DNA of 64,000 nucleotides from an uncultured virus (IMG/VR IMGVR_UViG_3300010233_002389). Lineage: Duplodnaviria > Heunggongvirae > Uroviricota > Caudoviricetes. Numbering within the stretch: the stretch's first letter is position 1; each line of letters opens with the position of its first letter. Positions 10,595 to 21,435 of the stretch are shown here, piece after piece. The position numbers and the translations under genes were made by a program. The stretch lies in IMG/VR virus record IMGVR_UViG_3300010233_002389; one strand, 5' to 3'. The notes below the pieces were generated by a model. That model saw only the letters and a program-made list of their open reading frames with translations. It was not told where the DNA came from and ran no database searches.

Positions 10595-10888
10595 TTATAT
10601 ATGCTTCCATGTTTTTCTTCTTTTAATATCACCCACATTTCCAGTACTTATATTATAATCTATAGCAATGATATTGTGCCTACGTCTATCAGCCCTAATA
10701 CATATAACTTGTTCTGATGTAAGTTTTGACGAACTACATAATTCTCCAACCCATTTTCCCTTATGACTTTTAGCCATTTTTTGTTTTGTAATTTCTTTGT
10801 GCAATTTACCCTTACGATCTCTAGACATATTTTGTCGTGTTTCTTTAGATGGTCTTATTCCAATATGACATATTTTATTATTCATCAA
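10595..10888 (-). CDS. NUMOD3/HTH DNA-binding remnant of a homing endonuclease
   Basis: SKETRQNMS, KEITKQKMA, SKLTSEQV...KRRKTWKHI; no nuclease domain seen. Confidence 0.6.
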   Translation of the reverse strand: MMNNKICHIGIRPSKETRQNMSRDRKGKLHKEITKQKMAKSHKGKWVGELCSSSKLTSEQVICIRADRRRHNIIAIDYNISTGNVGDIKRRKTWKHI

Positions 10889-10961
10889 TAATAATTTTCC
10901 TAACTAACTGTAATTTTAAGCTCATAACTATGCGTAAGTATTATTACATAAAACTATTGCC

Positions 10962-11969
10962 ATGATGCCTCACCAATTAGAAGAATTCATCAAAAAAGTC
11001 TCCTCGACACATAAATGGAAATTTAGTCATTGGGGCTGTCGCAACGAAGGTGATTATTATCTTCTGCATAGCATGTATTATGTTTGCGAAGTATGTAATG
11101 CACATGGCGAAAAAGGCGATAGGCTTGATGACGATTTTATAATGGCTAAAAGCCGGAGAACTTGCGCCGAAAGAGTTATGAGAGATATAATGAAATGAGC
11201 ACTCATAAGTGGAAAGAGATTGATAGTATTCCAAAACTTGCCATACTTTATAAATGTGAAATTTGTAAAATGAGAGCTTGGAACGTAACCTTTCAACGCA
11301 ATAACTTTCTTACTTGTGAAGAATACATTATGAAAAACGTGCTAGAATGACCGAAGAGTTTGCCGAGCCTGAAGAAGATGAGTATGGACATTTATGGGAG
11401 AAAACAAACCATGATTTATAATCGTGATACTCATGATTGGGACGAATGGGAACGTCAACTCGGGCATTATGAATATAAAAGTAATTGTAAAGCATGTGGC
11501 ATGAGAAAAACAAAAGAACATAAGAATGGATTTAATATAATAGATTATTTTGACGCAGATATGACATGTGGCGAATATCTTATGAAGAATGTATTAGAAT
11601 GATCGACCCTAATCACGATTGGACACAATGGGAATATCGCGAAGCTGGAGTATATACGCATATAAGTTATTGTAAAAATTGCGGAATGAAAAAAGGAAGA
11701 GACCTGGTTAACGATATATATATTCTAGATTGGAAAAATATTCACACTAAATGTAATGATTATCTTATGAAGAATATATTGCAATGAATGATGGTCATGA
11801 TTGGCGATATGATATCCTTATTACTGACCGAGGCGTAAACGTTCAAAAATACAAATGCGCAAACTGTGGTACAATAGGAAGTGAAGAAAGCGGGCACACT
11901 GGAGAGAAAATATATACATTTGAAAAATTAAGTTGTCGAGAAATCATAATGAAACAGATATTACAATAA
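10962..11969 (+). CDS. array of five HxW/CxxC tagged proteins (10962-11198, 11195-11350, 11411-11602, 11599-11787, 11784-11969)
   Basis: each has H-x-W, CxxC and a C-x(4)-M-x-x-[IV]-[LM] end; mostly ATGA-coupled. Confidence 0.8.
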
Positions 11970-11990
11970 AATAGCATATAAGCAGAGCAT

Positions 11991-12070
11991 GCGTGCGTAA
12001 CCGAGACGAGCTTCTACCTCGCTAATCGTAACGGAAGTTGCAAATGTGGGTTCGAATCCCTCCGCACGTG
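11991..12070 (+). tRNA. atypical tRNA-Arg(TCT)-like RNA lacking a D-arm
   Basis: GCGTGCG/CGCACGT acceptor; CGAG-CTTCTAC-CTCG anticodon arm; GTTCGAATC T-loop; long extra region. Confidence 0.6.
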
Positions 12071-12089
12071 CTAATATAAAGGAATTGAT

Positions 12090-12482
12090 ATGAGTTATTC
12101 CGCAGCAGTTATCGATCATTATGAAAACCCAAGAAATGTTGGAACATTAGATAAAAATGATCCAAATGTTGGAACTGGTCTTGTTGGCGCCCCTGCATGC
12201 GGAGATGTTCTTCGTATACAAATAAAAGTTAATACAATTACTGAAATTATAGAAGAAGTAAAATTCAAGAGTTTTGGTTGTGGTTCAGCAATTGCCGCTT
12301 CTTCTCTTGCTACAGAATGGCTAAAAGGAAAAACTATAGATGAAGCCGAAACAATCAAGAACACTATGATTGTCAAAGAGCTTTGTCTTCCACCTGTAAA
12401 GGTGCATTGCAGTGTACTTGCCGAAGACGCAATTAAGTCAGCAATAGATGACTTCAAAAAGAAAAGAGCGGCAATTGGATAA
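12090..12482 (+). CDS. iscU: Fe-S cluster scaffold IscU
   Basis: DHYENPRNVG, GAPACGD, FGCGSAIA, LPPVKVHCS. Confidence 0.95.
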   Translation: MSYSAAVIDHYENPRNVGTLDKNDPNVGTGLVGAPACGDVLRIQIKVNTITEIIEEVKFKSFGCGSAIAASSLATEWLKGKTIDEAETIKNTMIVKELCLPPVKVHCSVLAEDAIKSAIDDFKKKRAAIG

Positions 12483-13050
12483 CGAAAATAATAAAAAGTG
12501 GGTTAAAGTCCATGTGTTAGACATGGATTCCTTTGAAATTATCGAAATGGAATTAGAAGAAGAACATCTCAAAGCTATGGAGCAAGCTGAAGAAGAAGCA
12601 AAGTTGCGTTCCGAAGCAGCAGAAGCAGAAGATAGAGAAATAGTATATCACGCAATACAACGCGCCAAATGGGAAGAAGAACAAGAAAGAATCCGTTGGA
12701 TAGATGAACAAGCTAAATCTTATATAGAAGATGATTCTTTTTATATGTCCATAAATGATGAAGACCTTGCGGCAATGGATAAAATTAGCGATGAAACAGA
12801 GGCTAGCTTCGAAGATGCCCGCATGGAAGAATGTATAAACTATCGCTATGATAAGGATTAATGGAAACGGTTATAGTAGAACCAAAGAATGGATACACAG
12901 ACGAAGAAGTAATAAATATACTTAAAGTATGGGGATGTTATTACATCGAGAAACTTACCGATGGATTTATCGAAGCAGATATCAGTGAAGTATATTTAAC
13001 ATGGCTAGAGAAGATAGCTATCGTTCATTGCAAAACAAATAAGAGGATGT

Positions 13051-13395
13051 ATGGACTCCACGGGCTGCCAAATTTATCTATCTACAAGAGCTTTAGAAAA
13101 GATTAAAGAACAATTAGTCGCACGCAAAACTCCCGATGCTGCATTGCGCTTGGGGCTTCGTTCTGGCGGCTGCTCTGGCTATTCCTACGTAATACAATTT
13201 GAAGATGACCCTCCATCAGATAGAGACCATCAATTTGAATTTGATGGCGTTAAAGTATTTGTTGATAAGAAGAGTATGATTTATCTTGCGGGAATAACTC
13301 TTGATTGGGAAAAGAGTTTATCATGCCAAGGATTCAAAATTATAAACGAAAAAGAAAAAACAAAATGTGGATGTGGACTATCATTTTCAGTATAG
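13051..13395 (+). CDS. iscA: Fe-S cluster assembly A-type carrier (IscA/HesB)
   Basis: GGCSGYSY, VDKKS, CGCGLSF. Confidence 0.9.
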   Translation: MDSTGCQIYLSTRALEKIKEQLVARKTPDAALRLGLRSGGCSGYSYVIQFEDDPPSDRDHQFEFDGVKVFVDKKSMIYLAGITLDWEKSLSCQGFKIINEKEKTKCGCGLSFSV

Positions 13396-13404
13396 ATATT
13401 AATT

Positions 13405-14037
13405 ATGCCTTATAAATCAAGAGAAGAGCGATTAGCATGTTGTCGCGAATACCACAAGAAACATAAAGCCGAAATAAAAAAGCGCAACAAAATAAAATAT
13501 CAACTCAATAAAGACGCGATAAAACAAAAAAGTAAAGAATATTATATAAATAATAAGGAAGCATGCGTTCAATACCATAAAGAATATGGCATAAAAAATA
13601 AAGAAAAAATAAAAGAATATTCTAAACAATATAATAAAGCATATGCGCTAAAAAATAAAGAACGCCTTTCAAAATTAAGGCAAGAATATATACGACAACA
13701 TAAAAATAGATATAAAATGGCGATCCGGCGCGCTGCACTCCGCAATTTAACTTTTACACTAACAGAAAAAGAATATATTGACCTAATCACACAGCAATGT
13801 TATTATTGTGAAAATAAGCTTGGTGATACATTTAATTCTAGAGCGGGAGTTGGACTTGATCGTATTGATAATGCTTGTGGATACGAATTAACCAATGTTG
13901 TATCATGTTGCGAAAAGTGTAATATCATTCGTAGTAATATATTAACTCCAGAGGAAACTAAAATTGCCATTCAGGCAGTAATAAATTATCGTAATCAAAC
14001 AGGAAATAAAAATGGACCCGAAGAAAATATTTTATAA
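13405..14037 (+). CDS. HNH-like (His-Me finger) endonuclease
   Basis: CYYC...GLDRIDN...GY..NVVSCCEKCN after a basic repeat region. Confidence 0.75.
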   Translation: MPYKSREERLACCREYHKKHKAEIKKRNKIKYQLNKDAIKQKSKEYYINNKEACVQYHKEYGIKNKEKIKEYSKQYNKAYALKNKERLSKLRQEYIRQHKNRYKMAIRRAALRNLTFTLTEKEYIDLITQQCYYCENKLGDTFNSRAGVGLDRIDNACGYELTNVVSCCEKCNIIRSNILTPEETKIAIQAVINYRNQTGNKNGPEENIL

Positions 14038-14232
14038 AGATATTGAAACAACGACAACCAAAGTTACTCGCAATGAAGAGGGCGAAGTAATTGGGCTGAA
14101 AATAGACGATGAAGAAGAACCCTGTTTAATACGAGCCTTCTTTGAAAGTGAACAAAAGAAGCCACCAGCACAACGTCAAACATCGTGCATGATTTCTTGT
14201 CCATGTTCTCGTTGTACTCCGTACTCACTATA

Positions 14233-14436
14233 ATGGAACACGCTTGGGGACCACCAATAGAAATCGATGATTGCACGATATATACCAAATGTGCAACTTG
14301 CGGGTTTATAAAAGAAGAATGTTATGGAATTTATACTTCAACAAGATTCTTTACAGATAATTTACATCGTAAAGAATATATAAACGAAAGTGATTTAACT
14401 TGTAATGAAGTAATAATGTTATCAATACTAAAATAA
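14233..14436 (+). CDS. HxW/CxxC tagged protein
   Basis: EHAW, CATCG, ends LTCNEVIMLSILK. Confidence 0.75.
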   Translation: MEHAWGPPIEIDDCTIYTKCATCGFIKEECYGIYTSTRFFTDNLHRKEYINESDLTCNEVIMLSILK

Positions 14437-14451
14437 GAAAGATAAATACAA

Positions 14452-15279
14452 ATGTGTATGACCGTAAAAGCAGCTAAATTATCCAATACATTTCTTTATG
14501 CCGGCGAAGCAGAACTTAATGGCAAGTATGTTCACGTACTAGCCTATCAAAACAAAGCAGAGTCATCTGGTCCAAACGCAATGATCTTACCGTTCCCATC
14601 CAATGTGAAAATGGATGAAAACAATATACTAGATACTCGTTCATATAAAGAGTTTTTAAAAAATATTGCGATGGCGACTAAAGAACAAACAAGAGATTTA
14701 TCAGATGATATCAATTTAAAATCTATAAGAAAGAGAAGCGCCAAAGTCTTTGACGTTGGTTCTTACACAGTTGTATTAGCCGAAAAAGCTATCCATATAA
14801 AAAAGGCAATTGAAAAAGTACCAGAAGATAAACGCCCAAGTATATCAAAAGAATTTCTTTCAGATTACACTAAGCTTTACCCAGACCAGCAAGTTGCCAT
14901 TTGTTGCTGGAATGGAAACATCAATCCTGAGCCATTACTTTGGTGGTACGAACCAACGAATAGAGAAAACATCTTTGTGCCAACAATGGATGCTCATGAC
15001 GGTAATGGTCCAGACCTTAATGCTAAGGTACAAAGAGATCATATTATTTCTACCGGCGCAACTACCCGTTCATTAATCGATAAGTTACCATTTAAAGACT
15101 ATACAAGCAGCACAGTTGACTACACAGATAATTTACCAGAAACAGCAAAGCAATTATTACCTACACGTGTTTGGGGAATAAAGATAGACGATTTTATAAA
15201 AAATGGTGATATGTTCATTGAGCCTTTTTCGACTATTAATGTAAATGATCGTCGCATTAAGATGATGGGCTGGGAATGA
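14452..15279 (+). CDS. hypothetical protein
   Basis: 275-aa ORF in a co-directional run; family not recognised with confidence. Confidence 0.6.
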   Translation: MCMTVKAAKLSNTFLYAGEAELNGKYVHVLAYQNKAESSGPNAMILPFPSNVKMDENNILDTRSYKEFLKNIAMATKEQTRDLSDDINLKSIRKRSAKVFDVGSYTVVLAEKAIHIKKAIEKVPEDKRPSISKEFLSDYTKLYPDQQVAICCWNGNINPEPLLWWYEPTNRENIFVPTMDAHDGNGPDLNAKVQRDHIISTGATTRSLIDKLPFKDYTSSTVDYTDNLPETAKQLLPTRVWGIKIDDFIKNGDMFIEPFSTINVNDRRIKMMGWE

Positions 15280-16214
15280 AACAGACCGTCGCTTTAGTTA
15301 TAGGCTATCCCGCTTCAGGAAAATCCACCGCTACAGAGAAAATGTTTAAAGATGGCTTTGCTCGCCTCAATAGAGATATTGAGGGCGGCAAACTTGAAGA
15401 CTTATTACCAAAACTAGATGCATTATTAAGCGATGGCAAAAGTGTTGTACTAGATAATACGTATGCGACAATAGCAAAGCGCGCTGGCGTTATAGAGATT
15501 GCAAAGAAGCACAACATACCAATCGAATGCTATCATATGCAAACAACAATCGAAGAGGCGCAGTTCAATGCTTGCAAACGAATGATTGAACGACATGGCA
15601 AAATCCTTACTCCAGAAGAAATTAACAAGAGCAAGGACCCGAACATGATCCCTACTGCCGTATTGTTCAAGTTCAAAAAGGAATTTGAAAAGCCAACAAC
15701 CGATGAGGGCTTTAGTGTTGTTCGTAAGATTAACTTCGTTCGTCAACTTGATTCTTCCTATTCGCAAGCCGCATTAATATTGGACTATGATGGTACATTG
15801 CGTCAGACTATAAATGGCAATGATAAGTATCCAGTTAAACCAGAACAAGTTGCAGCTATGCCTCGTAGGAAAGAAGTGCTCGCCCTATATAAGAAGAAGG
15901 GCTATCTACTATTAGGCGCATCAAACCAAAGCGGCATTGCCAAAGGAGAGTTAACTGAGCAGAATGCTATTGATTGCTTTGAGCAAACAAATAAGCTAAT
16001 TGGTCATAAAGTTGAATATAGTTTCTGCCCGCATAGAATTCCACCACTGACTTGTTATTGCAGGAAGCCGATGTGTGGTTTAGGGGTTACTTTTATAGAA
16101 AAGTATAAGTTAAACCCCAACCAATGCATAATGGTAGGGAATGCAACTTCGGATAAAACATTTTCAAGCCGATGTGGTTTCCAATACGTAGACCAAGCGG
16201 AATTTTTCGCCTGA
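15276..16214 (+). CDS. polynucleotide kinase/3'-phosphatase-like (P-loop kinase + HAD)
   Basis: GYPASGKST, NRD, VVLDNT; LDYDGT, SNQSG, CYCRKP. Confidence 0.85.
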   Translation: MKQTVALVIGYPASGKSTATEKMFKDGFARLNRDIEGGKLEDLLPKLDALLSDGKSVVLDNTYATIAKRAGVIEIAKKHNIPIECYHMQTTIEEAQFNACKRMIERHGKILTPEEINKSKDPNMIPTAVLFKFKKEFEKPTTDEGFSVVRKINFVRQLDSSYSQAALILDYDGTLRQTINGNDKYPVKPEQVAAMPRRKEVLALYKKKGYLLLGASNQSGIAKGELTEQNAIDCFEQTNKLIGHKVEYSFCPHRIPPLTCYCRKPMCGLGVTFIEKYKLNPNQCIMVGNATSDKTFSSRCGFQYVDQAEFFA

Positions 16215-16227
16215 TATAATATACATT

Positions 16228-16851
16228 ATGAAACCATATTATCACAGCAAAAATTCAGTTAATAAATTTGGCGGGGTAGCTTCAGACTATTCTAAAATAC
16301 ATAACTTTATAGATTCAAGCAAGGCTCATTTTTGTGATGCAAGACACAGAGCAATATTGCATAATTCTTTTGGAATATATTTAACAGAACAAGTGTTTGG
16401 CGAAACAATTACCAACAGTGATGGCAAAGTAATTCCAGTTAGAGAAATTGCTGAACAACATGTTTTGGAAGACCTTGGATTTGTCCCAAGTGTTAAGGAC
16501 TATCTTGATGGAATGCCGTTCTATGATTGGATAAGTAAGTTGCCAGCGGAAGAGACCAAAGCCGTTGTAACCGATAAAAAGAAAAAACCTATGACTGAAA
16601 AGAGAAGGAAAGAGATTCTTGATAAGATCAAGGCTCAAGGACCTCTTGTTAGTTTAACTGATGAAGAGTGGCTGATATTCAACGAATCCGATGAGGGCAA
16701 AGCACAAGCCAAGAAAATGGAAGAAGTAATAAATAATTATAAAAAGGGAGGGCTGCACACTCCTGATAATCATTCATCTAGTGATATCGTTCTTGATAGT
16801 GCGGCTAATCCTTCTGCTCGAAGAATTAACTCTAATCGTCGGCTTGATTAA
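16228..16851 (+). CDS. conserved phage protein (DUF6915-like)
   Basis: HSKNSV.KFGG, IHNFIDSSK, RHRAILH, AEQHVLEDLG. Confidence 0.65.
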   Translation: MKPYYHSKNSVNKFGGVASDYSKIHNFIDSSKAHFCDARHRAILHNSFGIYLTEQVFGETITNSDGKVIPVREIAEQHVLEDLGFVPSVKDYLDGMPFYDWISKLPAEETKAVVTDKKKKPMTEKRRKEILDKIKAQGPLVSLTDEEWLIFNESDEGKAQAKKMEEVINNYKKGGLHTPDNHSSSDIVLDSAANPSARRINSNRRLD

Positions 16852-18663
16852 GTAAGTATATCTTTCATCTGTCGTTCATTGCAGGTTAGATCTTCTTGGG
16901 CTCTAATGGTTCCAAGCATCGCGCAACTTATCATCTTACAGGCTGGGCAAAACTCATGGGACCCTTTATCTATCCATTCATGGGTGGCATAGGAGTCTAC
17001 CGACATTGCTGCGGTACAAATACTAATTAAATAATCTGTTGGGTCTAATCTTACTTCTATTGTAAACGAAGTAAATCTCATTCTAAAATATCTTTCATTA
17101 TATGCTCATTGCATGTTAAGTTAAGTTCTGCGTGAATTAAGTTTGGGTCACCATTACATTTCCATGCAAGCATGTCACAATTTTTACATATTATACGCCG
17201 TGCTGTAGTCATATTTTCGGGCGGTACATTAATCTCGTTTGAAACAAAAAATTTATCTATTTTATCTATAAAGTTGTGCGTTCTTATTTTATTAGAATTA
17301 AGTTTAGTATGATGTCTTGGTGTTAAAGGCAAACTCGTACTTAATTTCAAAAATACATACATATTAAACTTGGCTGGATTCTTTTGTTTCTTATTAATGC
17401 GTTTAATTGGTTCAACGTTTTTTATCATTGATTTATTTTGAATAAATCCATTCATTGTAACTAAATACCTTATAATTATTTCTATTTCGGCTGATTGTTC
17501 TCGCTCTGCTATTTCTCCTATTAAATCTAAAGATATTTGAACATGTGTTCCGTCATCGGTGATCTTTTGTGATTGCACAGTTAAATTTGTATGTCGTGTA
17601 AAATCATTAATTCGGTCAATAAGTGTATCTTCTTCCAACATCATTCCAAAACCTCCTTCATGCAATAAGTTGCACACGAAATTGATTCATCGACATAAAT
17701 TTGAATTGGATCTTCGGTACATGCAGTGCCACCCATACCGCATTGTGTACAAGCAACAGGACGCCCAATATTGTCCTCAGAAAATTTTGGCATAATTTTA
17801 AAATTATGAGTTTCTAAAATTTCGTATGGCAATAAATCATATACTTCTCCAAATTGTGCAACCTTACAATTTAGATATAATCTTAACACATTAGGATCAT
17901 ATGAAGATTCTGCCATTTCTAATTTGTTCCATTCAATACCGTTATACCTTGCCATGTGTAATATTTTTGATTTAATATTTGTCGGAAATGATTTAGCCAT
18001 AAATGTTATATGATATTTTATTTGTCCAGAAATAGGACCCATGCTAGAAATTGGCAATGACATTCCTTGAAACTGATCATAATTTGTGGATTCTTCTATA
18101 TTAATTTTATCAATTCTAACGCTCATATTTTCTTCAACATCATAACAGAACTTACGAATATTGTATTCTACGGATACCAAGCATATGTTCAACCTGTACG
18201 CTCATCATCTTAATACATCCTTCATAATATATTCGCCGCAACTTAAATCATTATCTGGATTTACCCAGATAACATTTTCAATATCTTGTTTTCTTCCAGA
18301 TAAACCACAAACTGAACATCTGGTATCTGCTTCTCCAGCAATAAACAAATAGTCATCTTCCCAACAATGGGTATCTTTATTCACAGGCGAAAGCACTTCA
18401 TAACTTAAGAAATTTACATGCGGTGATGCCAAAGGTGTGTTTATTTTTATTTTAAAATCCAATTTATTATCTATCATTTGAATCGCAGATACATCTGCCT
18501 GACAGGTTATTGGAATTATATTTTGAATTTCAGCTTTAATTCTAGATTCCAGCCGTTTAAAGAAAGCCTCATTATAGGCTTGTGGCATGAACTGCCCAAT
18601 GCAAGTAGTTGAAACTATTTCCTTTATCTGTATTTGTAAGCTTTCTTTTGAGAATCTGTTCAT
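16848..18663 (-). CDS. four minus-strand CxxC tagged proteins (16848-17081, 17078-17677, 17641-18192, 18205-18663)
   Basis: each ends with TH[EN C][WF]...CxxC...C-x(4)-MK[DE][IV]L; three have long variable N-terminal regions. Confidence 0.75.
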
Positions 18664-18743
18664 GGTTTATATGAGTGATTGCAGTCTTTTGCTATCGACA
18701 TGAAATTACATCGTTAACCTGCCAATATTTTAATATTTTAAGT

Positions 18744-21431
18744 ATGAAAAATATAAACGGCAGACTCAACGAATATTTGACCAAGATTGCAGAGCTTTCC
18801 CATTATCAAGAGATTGTTGCTTTACAAAAAGCAATCAGTGGATTGCAAGGCGCTATAAACACTGCCGCTCAAGCAAAATCTGCCGATAGAATGGTTAATA
18901 CCATGGTGTCTGCACTTACTTCCAAAATTAATACTTTGGTAAATATGGTTTATAACTACGGCATCACCGCTCCTGTATCTGCAAAATATCGCAATGAGAT
19001 TGCTGCCAAGGTTAAACAACTCAACACTTACGTTTCTCATTCCAATTCAAACCCATATGATAACAGCGTTTATACGCTTGTTGCAAATGCTCTTGGTCCA
19101 GTCGATAGTAGCATCGCCGCTTACAATCCAGTTAATGTTAATCCACAGACTCGTACAGGCGTAACCACCGTTGAACACGTTGGACGTGGACCAACCCAGC
19201 CTCAAATTCCAGAGCAGGCTAAATATGAATTCCCTCGATCCCAGACTGAAGAAGAAAGCTGGACTTATAATCCTCGTCCAGGAGTTACTACCGATGAATA
19301 TCCTCCAATGCGAGAAGGCGTAACCACTGTTGAACATATTGAACCACGCGAAGGGGTTACTACAGTTGAGCATGTTGGGCGTGAGCCAGGGCAAGCAATG
19401 GAGCAACCAGAGAAAAAGTTTGATCTTCATCCAAAACCAGGCGCTTCTGGATATGTTCCAGGCAGCGAGAAGGATACCTTTAATGTTGAGCCAATCGGAG
19501 CCGTAAAGGGATCTTCAATAAAATTTAAATCTAAAATAAGCACTGGTGAAAGAGATGTAGATAGAGCTATTCAAGATTTGCCATATGCTGTCGGTCGTTT
19601 AGACAAAGAAATAGATCGTGATAATTGGAGATCTGCTTTACAAACATCAGAACAAATTTATCATCATCTAAAATATATTGTTAAAATTAAAGAAGAGGAA
19701 GGCGAATTTGATCCTGACCCTTCAGATGAGTTATATTCAGAAAAAGAAGAAGACCATAGACATTCGCCAGACGATAGTTTTGTTACCGCTTCTGACAGAA
19801 TTAATGAACTAAAGAAGTTCGCAAAAAAAAAAGTTAAATTAGCCGCTTTTGCCGACTCATTAGCAAAAAAAGTTAATTCTTCCATAAAAAAAGCCGGCTC
19901 ACGTCATTCAGGGTATTCTGGGTATGCTGACCCAAATCCAGCTTTCAATTCATATCGCAATGGCACATTAACAAATACTCCTCCTGATAATGGTAACCCA
20001 GATAAGAAGCATGATTATGATAAAACATGTCTTCATTGCCGTGAGGGTGGCGATGAAAAATGGCTATGGAAAGTTTACGATGTCAAAAATGACAAACTAA
20101 TAGAAGAATTTATTGACACATATCCACGTGGGCGTAGAGCTATGGTGGATATAGCACAAGAATTTAATCTACATATAAATGGCGGCTCAAGTGGAGGCAA
20201 AGTACATTACAATCTCCTCTCATCTAATTTTAAGGGAGTTGAGCCTATGCACATTAGAGTTACTGGGGATAAGATCGACGCCAAGGAAACAGGAGCCTCA
20301 AATAGAATTACATTATTAAATAAATTAGCCGCTTTTGCCGACCCAGATGATGGAGAATATAACGATATAGAACGAAACGTAAATGGGCATCTATCAAGAA
20401 TAAAAAAATTCATGCAGCATAGAGATATTGTTGGTATTGCCAAGGCAATTGAAGAGGCAAATGCAATGCTTGATTTACTAAGTGATGTGCATTTTGAATG
20501 GTCTGGGGAAAGAGATTTTGAAAATACTCTATATCCTCTAAGAGAGGAACCTCTAATGCATGAGGCGTCGTCCTCAGATAGAATTGTTAAGCTAAACAAA
20601 TTTGCTCAAGATACCCAATATAACTGGTCCGTCTATGATGGCAAAAGCCAAGCTCCTATTAAAGAGTTTGTTGCTACCCTTGAAAAGGGCGATGCAATTG
20701 TAAAACAGATGGCTAACGAACAACATTTACGTATTAGTGGCGGTGTAGATAAAAGCGGCGCAAACTATTTACTTACATCAGATACAGATAGGACAGTAGA
20801 CATCAGTATATATGCAAGCCCTATTCAACAGGCATCTGATAGAATTACAAAATTACTCAAATTTGCCGCGCATGATTCAGAATATTATGTAACCAAATGG
20901 GTAATTACAGATCAAGCAGAAAAATCTTATGACGAATTCGATAATGAAGAAAAGGCAATTGATGAAGCTGTAAAGATGGCTGCTTCTCATGGTATACCAT
21001 ATTGGGTAGAGAAAGTTATATACAATCAAGACGGAGATGTAATATCAAAAACTTTTTTAAATGATGGGCATGCAATATCATATGGGTCACCATCATCTAG
21101 ACATAAGCCAATAGTATCTTTAGATGCCTGGGCAGGACATTTATCACATAAAGAATATGACCCTACATGTCCTCACTGCAAAAAAGAGTTAGAACAATAT
21201 GCTGATAAAGTAAAAGGTGACGCGCCAGTTATGCCCGCTTACTGGACCAAAGAAGAAGCACTAAATAAATGTAAATATTTTTCAAAATATGTTCCACAAG
21301 AAAAATTTGTTCCAGAAGAATTTATTGGAGGATGGCTAATACAGGTAAATGATAATTTATTTAATGACAAAAAAGGCGTTGGGTGGACAGTTGATCAAAT
21401 AGAAGCAGCTGAAAAATACCGAGCATCATAA
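18744..21431 (+). CDS. large modular protein with repeated SDRIxxLxKFA linkers (possible virion/internal polyprotein)
   Basis: long ORF, likely start at ATG 18744; internal repeats GVTTVEH and S[DN]RI..L.K[FL]A. Confidence 0.7.
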   Translation: MKNINGRLNEYLTKIAELSHYQEIVALQKAISGLQGAINTAAQAKSADRMVNTMVSALTSKINTLVNMVYNYGITAPVSAKYRNEIAAKVKQLNTYVSHSNSNPYDNSVYTLVANALGPVDSSIAAYNPVNVNPQTRTGVTTVEHVGRGPTQPQIPEQAKYEFPRSQTEEESWTYNPRPGVTTDEYPPMREGVTTVEHIEPREGVTTVEHVGREPGQAMEQPEKKFDLHPKPGASGYVPGSEKDTFNVEPIGAVKGSSIKFKSKISTGERDVDRAIQDLPYAVGRLDKEIDRDNWRSALQTSEQIYHHLKYIVKIKEEEGEFDPDPSDELYSEKEEDHRHSPDDSFVTASDRINELKKFAKKKVKLAAFADSLAKKVNSSIKKAGSRHSGYSGYADPNPAFNSYRNGTLTNTPPDNGNPDKKHDYDKTCLHCREGGDEKWLWKVYDVKNDKLIEEFIDTYPRGRRAMVDIAQEFNLHINGGSSGGKVHYNLLSSNFKGVEPMHIRVTGDKIDAKETGASNRITLLNKLAAFADPDDGEYNDIERNVNGHLSRIKKFMQHRDIVGIAKAIEEANAMLDLLSDVHFEWSGERDFENTLYPLREEPLMHEASSSDRIVKLNKFAQDTQYNWSVYDGKSQAPIKEFVATLEKGDAIVKQMANEQHLRISGGVDKSGANYLLTSDTDRTVDISIYASPIQQASDRITKLLKFAAHDSEYYVTKWVITDQAEKSYDEFDNEEKAIDEAVKMAASHGIPYWVEKVIYNQDGDVISKTFLNDGHAISYGSPSSRHKPIVSLDAWAGHLSHKEYDPTCPHCKKELEQYADKVKGDAPVMPAYWTKEEALNKCKYFSKYVPQEKFVPEEFIGGWLIQVNDNLFNDKKGVGWTVDQIEAAEKYRAS

Positions 21432-21435
21432 AATT

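Noticed and set aside
9861..11969. CRISPR array or integron-like cassettes behind the microprotein arrays
   Set aside because: No identical DNA repeats or attC-like palindromes; conservation is at the amino-acid level
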